A DNA stretch of 41,195 bases from Gemmatimonadota bacterium (GCA_049323575.1 JBMOPM010000200.1:1-41195); one strand, 5' to 3'; positions 1-8,673 are shown, counted from the first letter of the stretch. Notes: generated from the sequence alone by a model not told the origin. Numbers and translations are program-made.

Positions 1-77
1 GACCGCACCGAAACCTGGCCGTTCCGGTTTTAACGGTACGGATCGTGAGGCTTTCGTATTTGTAGAGGCAAGGTGGC

Positions 78-107
78 ATTACTATCTGCCAAGCCCCAAT
101 CTGTCAA
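78..107 (-). promoter_or_regulatory. candidate sigma70 promoter firing out of the left edge of the window
   Basis: Minus strand reads TTGACA-N17-TAGTAAT in an AT-rich patch; the target gene lies outside the window. Confidence 0.4.
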
Positions 108-237
108 TAGCCGCCGTGGGGGCACCCGCTCCAGGCGCCAGCTTGCTGGCTTGGTTGTCAAGCAGGGAGTCGTCCGGTGTGCCAGGCGCTGGCGGGGGAT
201 CGATCCGGAGGCGGCCGAGCCGCCGGAGGGCGAGCCC

Positions 238-270
238 ACAAAACAGACCGCCGTCGCTCTCGCGACGGCG
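238..270 (-). terminator. intrinsic terminator after the duplicated tRNA-Gln 3' end
   Basis: 9-bp stem CGCCGTCGC/GCGACGGCG (249-270) followed on the minus strand by GTCTGTTTTGT. Confidence 0.6.
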
Positions 271-271
271 A

Positions 272-291
272 ATTGCCCCTCCTGGGATCGA
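272..291 (-). repeat. 20-bp direct repeat of the tRNA-Gln 3' end
   Basis: ATTGCCCCTCCTGGGATCGA at 272-291 is identical to 339-358. Confidence 0.9.
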
Positions 292-307
292 GCCGCAGGC
301 CGATCCC

Positions 308-338
308 AAACAAAAGGCCCGGTGCGGTTGCACCGGGC
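308..338 (-). terminator. intrinsic terminator of the tRNA-Ala/tRNA-Gln transcript
   Basis: 9-bp stem GCCCGGTGC/GCACCGGGC (317-338) followed on the minus strand by CTTTTGTTT. Confidence 0.75.
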
Positions 339-339
339 A

Positions 340-412
340 TTGCCCCTCCTGGGATCGAACCAGGACTCTCCTGATCCAGAGTCAGGCGTGTTGCCAATTA
401 CACCAAGGGGCA
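340..412 (-). tRNA. tRNA-Gln(CTG), CCA not encoded
   Basis: Minus strand TGCCCCTTGGTGTAATTGGCAACACG-CCTGA-CT-CTG-GA-TCAGG...GGTTCGATCCCAGG-AGGGGCA-A; cloverleaf with U1-A72 pair. Confidence 0.97.
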
Positions 413-421
413 GCGTTCCCA

Positions 422-494
422 TGGAGCTGAGGGGAGTCGAACCCCTGACCTCTGCAGTGCGATTGCAGCGCTCTCCCAACTGAGCTACAGCCCC
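422..494 (-). tRNA. tRNA-Ala(CGC), CCA not encoded
   Basis: Minus strand GGGGCTGTAGCTCAGTTGGGAGAGCG-CTGCA-AT-CGC-AC-TGCAG...GGTTCGACTCCCCT-CAGCTCC-A; G3:U70 alanine identity pair. Confidence 0.97.
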
Positions 495-507
495 CGAAAG
501 CAGGGCA

Positions 508-536
508 AAACTATCCCACCGGTATACAACCGTCAA
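508..536 (-). promoter_or_regulatory. sigma70 promoter of the tRNA pair
   Basis: TTGACG-N17-TAGTTT ending 13 nt upstream of tRNA-Ala. Confidence 0.65.
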
Positions 537-572
537 CCGAGACCCCGCTCGGGCGGGCAGGCGGGCCCGGGC

Positions 573-1202
573 TCACCCCCGGGCGGCGCCGAGCCACGCT
601 TCGACCCGCGCCAGGTCCTCCTGCGTGAGCCCATGCCCCGCCGGCTGCCAGTCGTGGGTGAGCTGGGCCCCGGCCTGGTGCAGCACCGCGGCCAGCCGCT
701 CCACCGAGCGCCGGGGAATGACGGTGTCCGCCAGTCCCGACCCAAGGTAGACGGCGGTGCCGCCGAGATCAGGCAGGGGCTGCGGCTCGAACGGCAGCAT
801 GGCCCGGAGCAGCACGGCCCGGCGGAGGAGCCCCGGGTGGCGCAGCAGCACGCTCGCAGCAATGTTTGCGCCGTTGGAGTAGCCCAGCGCCGTCACGTTT
901 TCGATCCGGAACCCGTACCGCGTCGCCGCTTCACGCACGAAGGCCGCAAGGTCGTCGGTGCGCCGCGCCAGGTCGTCGAGGTCGAAGACGCCCTCCGCGA
1001 TGCGCCGGAAGAACCGGGGCGCGGAGCCCTCCAGCACCTGGCCTCGCGGGCTCAGCAACGCGGCACCCGGCCAGAGCCGCTGGCCCAGCGGGATGAGGTC
1101 GTTCTCGTCCCCGCCGGTGCCATGCAGCAGGAGCAGCACCGGGGCGCCCGGAGCCGACCCCGGCACCCAGCGGTGCACGAATCCGTGTTCCGCATCAGGC
1201 AT
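573..1202 (-). CDS. alpha/beta hydrolase, phospholipase/carboxylesterase family (MhqD-like)
   Basis: LLLHGTGGDE, GYSNGANIA nucleophile elbow and C-terminal GH; overlaps the dioxygenase stop. Confidence 0.88.
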   Translation of the reverse strand: MPDAEHGFVHRWVPGSAPGAPVLLLLHGTGGDENDLIPLGQRLWPGAALLSPRGQVLEGSAPRFFRRIAEGVFDLDDLARRTDDLAAFVREAATRYGFRIENVTALGYSNGANIAASVLLRHPGLLRRAVLLRAMLPFEPQPLPDLGGTAVYLGSGLADTVIPRRSVERLAAVLHQAGAQLTHDWQPAGHGLTQEDLARVEAWLGAARG

Positions 1203-2157
1203 GAGCCCCCCGCGCCAGAGCCAGTTCCGGCAACGCCGCCTCGATCCCCGCCCGCATCGGCTCGTACTGCGGCGGCAGGCGAAGGCTTTCGCCCAGGTGC
1301 TCGAGGGGTTCGTCGATCAGCATGCCCGGACCGTCCGTCGCGAGTTCGAAGAGGACGCCGTTCGGCTCGCGGAAGTAGACCGAGCGGAAATAGTTCCGAT
1401 CCATCCGCGGCGACGCACCCAGGCCCTGCCGGAGGACGCGGCCGCGGAGTTCGTCCTGCACGGTGTCGTCGGCCACGCGGAACGCCACATGGTGAATGGA
1501 ACCCACGCCCATCCGCGCGGACCAGAAGCCGCCCGCGGGCCGGACGTCGAGGTATGCGCCGATGGGATGGCTCGCGCCACTCGGCGCAAACCGGACGGTT
1601 CCCTCGTGCTCTCCCACCCGCGTGAAGCCGAGCGCGTCGGTCAGCACCTGAGCGGTGGGAGCGAGTTCGCTCACCCAGAGCGTGGTGGTATGGAGCCCGC
1701 GAATGGCGTGCTCCGCGGGCAGCGTGCCGCTGTCCCAGCCCGGCACGGCACCGGCCGCGGCCGTGGCCACCAGTTCCACCGCCATGCCGTCGGGATCGCG
1801 GAACGTGAGCACCGCCTCGCCGAAGCGGTGCACGGGGCCCTCATACGCCACCCCCTGCGCGATCAGCCGCTCGATCCACCAGCCCAGCGATCCGGCCGGG
1901 ATCGCGAGCGCCACCGACGCGGCCTGGCCCACGCCCTGGCGCCCGCGCGGCGCGGAGCCCCAGGGGAAGAAGGTGAGGAGGCTGCCGGGCGTGCCCGTGG
2001 CGTCGCCGAAGTAGAAGTGATACGCCGTCGGGTCGTCGAAGTTGACGGTCTTCTTCACCAGCCGCATGCCGAGCGTGCCGGTGTAGAAATCGAGGTTGCG
2101 CTGGGGGTCGCCCGCGATGGCGGTGACGTGGTGCAGTCCGCCGGATGTCGTGGTCAT
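1195..2157 (-). CDS. ring-cleaving dioxygenase, two-domain VOC (MhqO/MhqA-like)
   Basis: GLHHVTAIAG, VKKTVNFDDP, SIHHVAFR, DRNYFRSVYFREPNGVLFELATDGPG. Confidence 0.93.
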   Translation of the reverse strand: MTTTSGGLHHVTAIAGDPQRNLDFYTGTLGMRLVKKTVNFDDPTAYHFYFGDATGTPGSLLTFFPWGSAPRGRQGVGQAASVALAIPAGSLGWWIERLIAQGVAYEGPVHRFGEAVLTFRDPDGMAVELVATAAAGAVPGWDSGTLPAEHAIRGLHTTTLWVSELAPTAQVLTDALGFTRVGEHEGTVRFAPSGASHPIGAYLDVRPAGGFWSARMGVGSIHHVAFRVADDTVQDELRGRVLRQGLGASPRMDRNYFRSVYFREPNGVLFELATDGPGMLIDEPLEHLGESLRLPPQYEPMRAGIEAALPELALARGAHA

Positions 2158-2690
2158 GTGTCCTTCCCTTCCCCGACCGCCACCTCGTCCGCTTCCCGCA
2201 GGAGATCACGGAGATCCAGCGGCTGGGTGAACATGTCGATGTCGCCCCGCTCGTTCCGGGGCCACTCGGCCACGGGACGGTCCCACATCAGCTCCACGCC
2301 GTTGCCGTCCGGGTCGTCCAGATAGACAGCCTCGCTCACGCCGTGATCGCTCGCGCCGCGGAGCCGGATTCCCGCCGCGATGACCCGCTTCACCGCCACG
2401 GCCAGGTCGCGCCGAGCGGGATACCGGATGGCGAAGTGATAGAGCCCGGTGTGGCCCGGCGGCGGCGGCGTCCCGCCCAGCGACTCCCAGGTGTTGAGGC
2501 CGATGTGGTGATGATACCCGCCGGCCGAGAGGAACGCACCGCCCGAGCCATGGCGCGCGGTGATGGCGAACCCGAGCACACCGTGGTAGAAGGCCAGCGA
2601 GCGTTCCAGGTCCGCGACCTTGAGGTGCACGTGCCCGATGCCGGCGCCGTCCGGGACGGTGTAGGTGCCGCTGGTGGGAACTGCGGTCAC
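2154..2690 (-). CDS. VOC/glyoxalase protein (catechol 2,3-dioxygenase CatE-like)
   Basis: IGHVHLKVADL, GGYHHHIGLNTW, DHGVSEAVYLDDPDGNGVEL; GTG start at 2690 preceded by GGAGG. Confidence 0.88.
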   Translation of the reverse strand: MTAVPTSGTYTVPDGAGIGHVHLKVADLERSLAFYHGVLGFAITARHGSGGAFLSAGGYHHHIGLNTWESLGGTPPPPGHTGLYHFAIRYPARRDLAVAVKRVIAAGIRLRGASDHGVSEAVYLDDPDGNGVELMWDRPVAEWPRNERGDIDMFTQPLDLRDLLREADEVAVGEGKDT

Positions 2691-2728
2691 GGATTCCTCC
2701 TCGCGAGCCGACCCGGCTCGCACCGAGG

Positions 2729-2757
2729 GAAAATAGTTGATTAGTCAATTATTGGCA
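2729..2757 (-). promoter_or_regulatory. promoter with an overlapping palindromic operator
   Basis: TTGCCA-N17-TATTTT on the minus strand; imperfect palindrome AATAGTTGATTAGTCAATTATT at 2732-2753. Confidence 0.6.
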
Positions 2758-2848
2758 AGGTAGGCAGCGCCGGGCGGGGCGGACCGCAGGCAATGGCCGG
2801 GAGGTTCGAGGTGGCGCGATGCCGTCGACGCGACGCGCGAACGGCGGA

Positions 2849-3763
2849 TTACGACCGGAAGGGTACGTCCACCGTCATCCCGTCCCGGGCGATCACGGTC
2901 TCGGGAAACACTTCGCGCGCCTCGGCGAGGAGCTGGGACGTGTCGTAGCTGTAGCGCGGGCTGATGTGCGTCAGCGCGAGCTGCCGCACGCCGGCCTCCC
3001 GCGCGATCTCCGCGGCCTGGCGGGCGGTGGAGTGCCCGGTTTCCCGGGCCCAGGGCAACTCGTCGTGGGTGAACGTGGCCTCGTGCACCAGCAGGTCGGC
3101 TCCGCGCGACGCCTCGATCACGGCGGGATGGGGACGCGTGTCGCCGGTGTAGATCACCTTGCGGCCCGGCCGGCTCGGGCCCACGAGGTCCTCGGGGCGC
3201 ACGGAGCGGCCGTCCTCCAGCGTCACGGTCTCGCCCCGGTGGAGCCGGCCCCACAGCGGGCCCTCGGGCACGCCCAGCTCGCGCGCGCGCTGGGGATCGA
3301 AGCGCCCCAGCCGCTCGTGCTCCACCAGCGCGTAGCCCACGGTGTCCGCGCGATGGTCGGTCTCGAATGCCACGATGTCATAGTTCGCGCGGCGCAGCAC
3401 GTCCCCCGCCCTGAGCTCCACGATCTCCACCGGAAACTTCGTCCGCTCGATGCCCAGGTTGACCGCCTGGCCGAGCACCCGCTCCGCGCCCTTCGGGCCG
3501 TAGAGCGTCATCGGCTCCTGGCGGTCGTTGAGGCCCAGCGTCCGCAGCAGGCCGGTCAGCCCGAGGAAGTGATCGGCGTGGTAGTGGCTGAAGAAGATTT
3601 CGCGGAGAGAGAAGCCGGTATTGAACCGCATCATCTGCCGCTGGGTGCCTTCGCCGCAATCGAAGAGGAACAGCTCGCCCTCGCGGTTGACGGCGATGCT
3701 GCTGGTGTTGCGCTCCGGCGAGGGGACCGCGGCGCTGGTGCCGAGGAAGGTGACGGAAAGCAT
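2849..3763 (-). CDS. rnz: ribonuclease Z
   Basis: FLGTSAAVPS, FDCGEGTQRQ, SHYHADHFLG (HxHxDH), exosite GVPEGPLWG, TGDTRP, HEATF, HISPRY. Confidence 0.96.
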   Translation of the reverse strand: MLSVTFLGTSAAVPSPERNTSSIAVNREGELFLFDCGEGTQRQMMRFNTGFSLREIFFSHYHADHFLGLTGLLRTLGLNDRQEPMTLYGPKGAERVLGQAVNLGIERTKFPVEIVELRAGDVLRRANYDIVAFETDHRADTVGYALVEHERLGRFDPQRARELGVPEGPLWGRLHRGETVTLEDGRSVRPEDLVGPSRPGRKVIYTGDTRPHPAVIEASRGADLLVHEATFTHDELPWARETGHSTARQAAEIAREAGVRQLALTHISPRYSYDTSQLLAEAREVFPETVIARDGMTVDVPFRS

Positions 3764-3853
3764 GGGCCGAAGATAAAGCCGCAAGCCACAACCCGTGAGT
3801 TACCGGGGGTGGGCGGCGGGCGGCGGCGCGGGGCATGGATCGCCCCGCATCGC

Positions 3854-4735
3854 TCAGAACAGTTTGACGTTGACGGTCAGCCGCCCGGGATACTTGTTCA
3901 GGCTGTCGGTGAGCGCCTTGAGAGACTGCAGCGTCCCGCGCACATCCTGATAGAGCGCGCTGTCGGTCGCGAGCTTGCCCAGCGTGCCCCTGCCCTGGGT
4001 GATGCTGCTAAGCAACGAGTCGAGATGGGCGCCGGTGGTGGTGAACTGGGCCGAGAGTCGGGCGAGGTTGGCCGTGGCGGTGTCGAGGTGGCTCAACGTG
4101 CGCCCGACGGCCGGGTTGGCGAGCGTCGAGTCCATCCGGAGGCTCAGCGCCTGGACCGCCTTCAGGGTCTCGTTGAGCTGCGCCGTGGGGCCGGTGCGGG
4201 TGTTCGACAGCAGGTCGAGCGTGCGTTCCATTGCCGCGAGGGTGCGGCGGAGATCCCGCGTGATCTCGGGATCCAGCACGCCGCGGACCGACGCCATGGT
4301 CTTCCTGGCGTCGCCGGAGAGGCTGTCGAGCAGGCCGCCCACGCCAGCGTACAGTCCCCCGGTGATCACCTGGCCTTTGGGAAGAACGTGGGCCGACTTG
4401 CCCGGGTCGAAGCGCACGGCCGCGTCGCCCAGGAAGCCCACGTCGAAGATGTCGGCGGTGGCGTCCACCCTGGCCACGACGTTGCGGGGCAGGCTCAGCC
4501 GCACCAGCACCTTGCCCACGTCCTCCAGCTCGATCTCCTCGACGCGTCCCGCGGCCACGCCCGAAATCTTGACCGGCGCGCCCACCTTGAGGTTGCCGAC
4601 GTCCGCATAGCGGACCAGCACCGTGTTGCGCGGCGCGATGGCCTTGCCCTTGAGCCACAGCGTGCCCAGCACGAAGACGGTGGCCGCCACGAGGACCAGC
4701 CCGCCGACGACGATCTCGCGCTTGTGGTAGTCCAT
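3854..4735 (-). CDS. mlaD: MCE/MlaD family protein
   Basis: N-terminal TM helix, NLKVGAPVKISGV MCE motif, helical C-terminus with GTLGKL; in an operon with mlaE and mlaF. Confidence 0.88.
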   Translation of the reverse strand: MDYHKREIVVGGLVLVAATVFVLGTLWLKGKAIAPRNTVLVRYADVGNLKVGAPVKISGVAAGRVEEIELEDVGKVLVRLSLPRNVVARVDATADIFDVGFLGDAAVRFDPGKSAHVLPKGQVITGGLYAGVGGLLDSLSGDARKTMASVRGVLDPEITRDLRRTLAAMERTLDLLSNTRTGPTAQLNETLKAVQALSLRMDSTLANPAVGRTLSHLDTATANLARLSAQFTTTGAHLDSLLSSITQGRGTLGKLATDSALYQDVRGTLQSLKALTDSLNKYPGRLTVNVKLF

Positions 4736-4749
4736 GCGTCTGTCCCGGT

Positions 4750-5508
4750 TCAGGCAGCCACGACGGCGTCGGGGTGGTGGAAGTCGCGCTCGAGGAATGC
4801 CCGCACCGTCGGATGCTGCGAGGCCAGGAATTCCTGCGGCGTCCCCTGCAGCACGACCTTGCCGTCCGAGAGCAGCGCGAGGCGATCGGCCACGCGGAAG
4901 GCGCCGCGCACATCGTGGGTCACCATGACGCTGGTCGAACCCAGCTCGTGGTCCAGCCGCTTCACCAGCCCGTCGATGATGTCGGAGTTGACCGGATCGA
5001 GCCCGGAGGTCGGCTCATCCCAGAGCAGGTATTTCGGGTTGACGGCGATGGCGCGGGCGATGCCCACCCGCTTTTTCATGCCGCCGGACAGCTCGGCCGG
5101 CATCTTCTCCAGCGTCTCCAGCGGCAGGTTCACCAGTTTGATGCAGCGCTCCGCCACCTCGCGGCAGTAAGCGAGGTCATTGTATTTCCTCGGGTCGGTA
5201 ATGCTCATCCGGATGTTCTCGAACACGTTGATCGAGTCGAACAGGGCGCCGTACTGGAACACGTAGCCCATCCGGGTGCGCAGGCGCGCCAGTTCCTTGC
5301 GGTTCAGCGACAGGACGTCGAGGCCGTCGACGAGGACCGTGCCGGCGTCGGGCCGGATGAGGCCGATGATGGTCTTGAGCAGCACGCTCTTGCCGGTGCC
5401 GGACGGGCCCATCAGCGCGACGATCTCGCCCTCCTGGACGTCGAAATCCACCCCGTCCAGCACCACCTGCGGGCCGAAGCGCTTCCTCACACCCCTGAGC
5501 TCGATCAT
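4750..5508 (-). CDS. mlaF: ABC ATP-binding protein, MlaF/Mkl family
   Basis: GPSGTGKS, FQYGALFDS, LSGGMKKRVGIARA, DEPTSGLDP, VTHD. Confidence 0.92.
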   Translation of the reverse strand: MIELRGVRKRFGPQVVLDGVDFDVQEGEIVALMGPSGTGKSVLLKTIIGLIRPDAGTVLVDGLDVLSLNRKELARLRTRMGYVFQYGALFDSINVFENIRMSITDPRKYNDLAYCREVAERCIKLVNLPLETLEKMPAELSGGMKKRVGIARAIAVNPKYLLWDEPTSGLDPVNSDIIDGLVKRLDHELGSTSVMVTHDVRGAFRVADRLALLSDGKVVLQGTPQEFLASQHPTVRAFLERDFHHPDAVVAA

Positions 5509-5509
5509 G

Positions 5510-6301
5510 TCAGTTGAGCAGGAGGCGGGCGAGGAGCGTGTCCAGCAGCAGGATCAGCACCGAGCTGGCCACTACGGCCGTGGTCGTCGAGCGGCCGACG
5601 CCCTCGGCGCCCTGGCCGGTGTTGAATCCCATGTAGCAGGAGACGAGCGTGATGGAGCCGGCGAAGACGAACGCCTTGATGAGCGAGTACCAGGCGTCGA
5701 AGGGCCGCCAGAAATACTGCGCGCCATAGGTGAAGTCCGCATCGCTCACCGGCAGCACGAGCTGCGCGCCCTTCCATCCGGCCAGGATGCCGACGGCGTC
5801 CGCGAACACCACGAGTACGGGCATCATCGCGAAGCCGGCGAGGACGCGGGGGACGATGAGGTGCGAGGCGGGTGAGCGCCCCAGGCTCTCCAGGGCGTCG
5901 ATCTGCTCGGTGACGCGCATCGTGCCCAGCTCGGCGGCGTAGCGGGCGCCGATACGCCCGGCGAGGACGAGCCCGGTCAGCACGGGACCCAGTTCGAGCA
6001 CGATCGACTCGACGATGAGCGTGCCGACGACGTAGTACGGGAGCGAGCCGGTGAACTGGTATCCGGTCTGAAGCGCCGTCACCGCCCCGGCAAAGGCCGA
6101 GATGAGCAGCACGATGGGCAGGCTGCCCACGCCGATGTGCCAGCACTCCACGAAGAACCGGGGCACCCATACGCGCGGCTCCACGAGGCCGCGCGCCATC
6201 TCGGCGACGAACATGCTGAAGCGCCCCACCTGGGCGAGGGCGCCGAGAATCCACGCGCCGGCCAGGCGCCGAGGATCGAGGGATTGAGCCGCTGCTGACA
6301 T
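5510..6301 (-). CDS. mlaE: MlaE family ABC permease
   Basis: ELGPVLTGLVLAGRIG, AELGTMRVTEQIDALE, GAEGVGRSTTTAVV. Confidence 0.93.
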   Translation of the reverse strand: MSAAAQSLDPRRLAGAWILGALAQVGRFSMFVAEMARGLVEPRVWVPRFFVECWHIGVGSLPIVLLISAFAGAVTALQTGYQFTGSLPYYVVGTLIVESIVLELGPVLTGLVLAGRIGARYAAELGTMRVTEQIDALESLGRSPASHLIVPRVLAGFAMMPVLVVFADAVGILAGWKGAQLVLPVSDADFTYGAQYFWRPFDAWYSLIKAFVFAGSITLVSCYMGFNTGQGAEGVGRSTTTAVVASSVLILLLDTLLARLLLN

Positions 6302-6322
6302 CGGGGTATATCTACCCGCCAC

Positions 6323-7003
6323 ATGGCTTCGAAGTCCATCCCTCGCACATCACGACTCTCCCCCGACGCCCGGTCGTTCCGCTCTGCCTTGCTCCGCTGG
6401 TTCCGCCGCCACGGGCGTGATCTGCCCTGGCGCCGCACGCGGGATCCCTACCAGGTCCTGGTCTCCGAATTCATGCTGCAGCAGACCCAGGTCGCCCGCG
6501 TCGCGGCCTACTACCCCCGCTTCCTCGACCGCTATCCCACCATCCGCGACCTCGCCGCCGCATCCCCCGCCCAGGTGCGCGAGGCGTGGGCCGGACTCGG
6601 CTACTACCGCCGCGCCGCCAACCTCCACCGCCTGGCCCAGCGCGTCGTGGCCGAGTACGACGGCCGGATTCCCGACGACCCCGAGCAGTTGATCCGGTTG
6701 CCGGGGGTGGGACGCTACACCGCGGGGGCGGTCGCGAGCTTCGCCTTCGAGCGTCCGGCGCCGGCCGTGGACACCAACGTCGCGCGGGTGCTGCGCCGCG
6801 CCTTCCACCCGCGCGCGACGGGCGCCGCCGGTGAGCGCCGGCTCTGGGCCACCGCCGCGGCACTCCTCCCCCGCAAGGGCGCGGACGCCTGGGCGTTCAA
6901 CCAGGCCATCATGGAACTGGGCGCGCTGATCTGTACGGCGCGGGTGGCGCGGTGCGGGGAGTGTCCGGTGCGGACGGAATGCAAGACGGGCAGACGGCGG
7001 TAA
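6323..7003 (+). CDS. mutY: A/G-specific adenine glycosylase, short form
   Basis: RDLPWR, SEFMLQQTQV, WAGLGYYRRA, HhH LPGVGRYTA, VDTNVARV, Fe-S motif C-x6-C-x2-C-x5-C. Confidence 0.88.
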   Translation: MASKSIPRTSRLSPDARSFRSALLRWFRRHGRDLPWRRTRDPYQVLVSEFMLQQTQVARVAAYYPRFLDRYPTIRDLAAASPAQVREAWAGLGYYRRAANLHRLAQRVVAEYDGRIPDDPEQLIRLPGVGRYTAGAVASFAFERPAPAVDTNVARVLRRAFHPRATGAAGERRLWATAAALLPRKGADAWAFNQAIMELGALICTARVARCGECPVRTECKTGRRR

Positions 7004-7011
7004 CGACGGGG

Positions 7012-7386
7012 CTAGAACCCGCTCGGCCCGCTCTGCAACCGGTCGATGGCGAAGAGGCTGCCGCCGAGGATGGCGGCGAGGCCCAGGGTCCGGGTGACGC
7101 TGAATCGCTTGATCTCGTACTGGCGGATATAGCTGAGCGGCACCTGCGTGGTGCCGATGGCGGTGGGCGAGAGGTAGCCCACGAGCGTGTCCGCCTTGAG
7201 CGTGAGATTGTAGAGGACGAGCTGGATCTCCCCTTCCTGCGTGATCCGCACCGGCTCGCGGTCCTGCGAGACCAGTTCCTGGGGCGTCACGTTGGTGGTG
7301 CGCCACTCGGTGCAGGCCGCATCGAGCAGCAGGGTGGCGCCGCAGGCGAGCACCCCCAGGCGGCGGCGGAGACGCGGATCGATCAT
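7012..7386 (-). CDS. hypothetical exported or lipoprotein-like protein
   Basis: C-terminal part of ORF 7012..8055 from the ATG overlapping the upstream stop; basic N-terminus, hydrophobic stretch ending DAAC, hydrophobic C-terminal segment. Confidence 0.6.
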   Translation of the reverse strand: MIDPRLRRRLGVLACGATLLLDAACTEWRTTNVTPQELVSQDREPVRITQEGEIQLVLYNLTLKADTLVGYLSPTAIGTTQVPLSYIRQYEIKRFSVTRTLGLAAILGGSLFAIDRLQSGPSGF

Positions 7387-7832
7387 CCGTAGAAGGCTCC
7401 GGCAAGGAGAGCAAGCAGACCGAGCGCCCCGGCCAGCGAGCCGACGATGGCCTGCCGGCGGCGCAGCGCGGTGAAGAGCGGCTCGGTGGGGCCGACGGGC
7501 GACAGGCGCGCCAGCTTCATCGCGGTGGGCACGGCCAGGAACAGCACCAGCAGCCCGCCGACCACGCCCGCACCCTGCATCACCATGAGCCACACCGAGG
7601 GCGCGGAGTCGTAGCGGATGAGCATCATCGTGAGGACGAGGCCGGTCAGCACGGTGAGCAGCGCGCCCGGGCCGATCAGCGCCCGGTGCAGCGCCGCCTG
7701 CAGGCGCACGGTGCGCTCGAGGGTAGCGGCGTCGCCGCCCCTGGCCGCGCTGCCGATGATCATCGATGCGAACGCCCCGCCGAGCCACGCCACGGGGCCC
7801 AGCAGGTGAAGAAAGATCCAGACTGGTCTCAT
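7383..7832 (-). CDS. four-TM membrane protein (DUF2269/CopD-like)
   Basis: FLHLLGPVAWLGG start and four hydrophobic helices; ATGA overlaps with both neighbours. Confidence 0.7.
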   Translation of the reverse strand: MRPVWIFLHLLGPVAWLGGAFASMIIGSAARGGDAATLERTVRLQAALHRALIGPGALLTVLTGLVLTMMLIRYDSAPSVWLMVMQGAGVVGGLLVLFLAVPTAMKLARLSPVGPTEPLFTALRRRQAIVGSLAGALGLLALLAGAFYG

Positions 7833-8263
7833 CGAGGACTTTCGGTGAGAAGGGAAGCGTCGAGCGGCAGACGGCCGGCGAAGCCGGCATCCACCTCGTG
7901 CCAGTGGCCGATGGTGTCTTCGCCGTACTGCCAGCAGAGGAACACGAGACGATCGTCGCGCAGGGAGTAGAAGTCCACCAGGCCCTGGTCGAAGCCCTTG
8001 AACAGGCAGCCGACCTGGTCGAGCTCACGGAGGTAGCCGTCGATCTCGACGGCACAGGCGTCCACCGCGGCCTGGGCGGCGCGGAGCTCGGGCGGTTCGC
8101 CGAATTCGGGATGCGCCTCGGCGGCGACGAGCTCGTAGCGTTCGACCGCGCTGCGCCAGCGGGCGTAGGCCTGCATGAGATCGCGCACGATGCGCCGCAC
8201 GAGGGGCAGCGTGCGCTCGGCCTCGTCGCGGGTGAAAATCCGGATGGAGCTGCTGTCGCGCAT
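7829..8263 (-). CDS. DUF2203 family protein
   Basis: FTRDEAERTLPLV...GCLFKGFDQGLVDF...VFLCWQYGEDTIGHWHEVDAGFAGRLPL. Confidence 0.85.
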   Translation of the reverse strand: MRDSSSIRIFTRDEAERTLPLVRRIVRDLMQAYARWRSAVERYELVAAEAHPEFGEPPELRAAQAAVDACAVEIDGYLRELDQVGCLFKGFDQGLVDFYSLRDDRLVFLCWQYGEDTIGHWHEVDAGFAGRLPLDASLLTESPR

Positions 8264-8265
8264 CG

Positions 8266-8673
8266 TCACCCCCAGTGGATGATCACGCCCGGGACCTGCT
8301 CCGGGTGACTGATGAAGCCGATGACCCGGTGTTCGGCATCGACCACCGTGATCGTCGCGCGCAGGTGGGACTCGTTGGGTTCCAGGTCCATCCGGAGCTC
8401 GAAGCCGTCGAGTTCCTGGTCCGGACCCACCACGCATGAATTGGTGCGCATGAGCTGGTCGGCCCGCGTGCTGAGCGGATCCCGCCCCGCCGCGAGACAG
8501 CGGGTCACCAGGTCCCGGTCGCTCAGGACGCCGAGGAAGCGGCGCCGGCGATGATCGTCCACCACCGGGACGACGGAGATGTTCCGGTTGCGGAACATGA
8601 TCGCCACCTCGCTAGCCGCCGCATTGGCGACTGCGACATGCGGATCGGGGACCATCACGTCGGAAGCGCGCAT
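8266..8673 (-). CDS. CBS domain protein
   Basis: MRASDVM, ISVVPVVDD, GVLSDRDLV; second CBS repeat divergent (TVVDAEHRVIGFIS). Confidence 0.75.
   Translation of the reverse strand: MRASDVMVPDPHVAVANAAASEVAIMFRNRNISVVPVVDDHRRRRFLGVLSDRDLVTRCLAAGRDPLSTRADQLMRTNSCVVGPDQELDGFELRMDLEPNESHLRATITVVDAEHRVIGFISHPEQVPGVIIHWG

Noticed and set aside
30-536. Several ORFs of 65-168 aa at the left end
   Set aside because: They overlap the two tRNAs and terminators and have no protein motifs.
2819-5170. Long antisense ORFs (783 aa here; also 10034..12091, 15681..17933, 25912..27477, 37608..39224)
   Set aside because: Shadow frames opposite well-supported genes; expected in high-GC DNA and motif-free.
7012-8055. 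347-aa ORF as a single gene
   Set aside because: The upstream portion overlaps two better-supported genes in other frames; only 7012..7386 looks coding.
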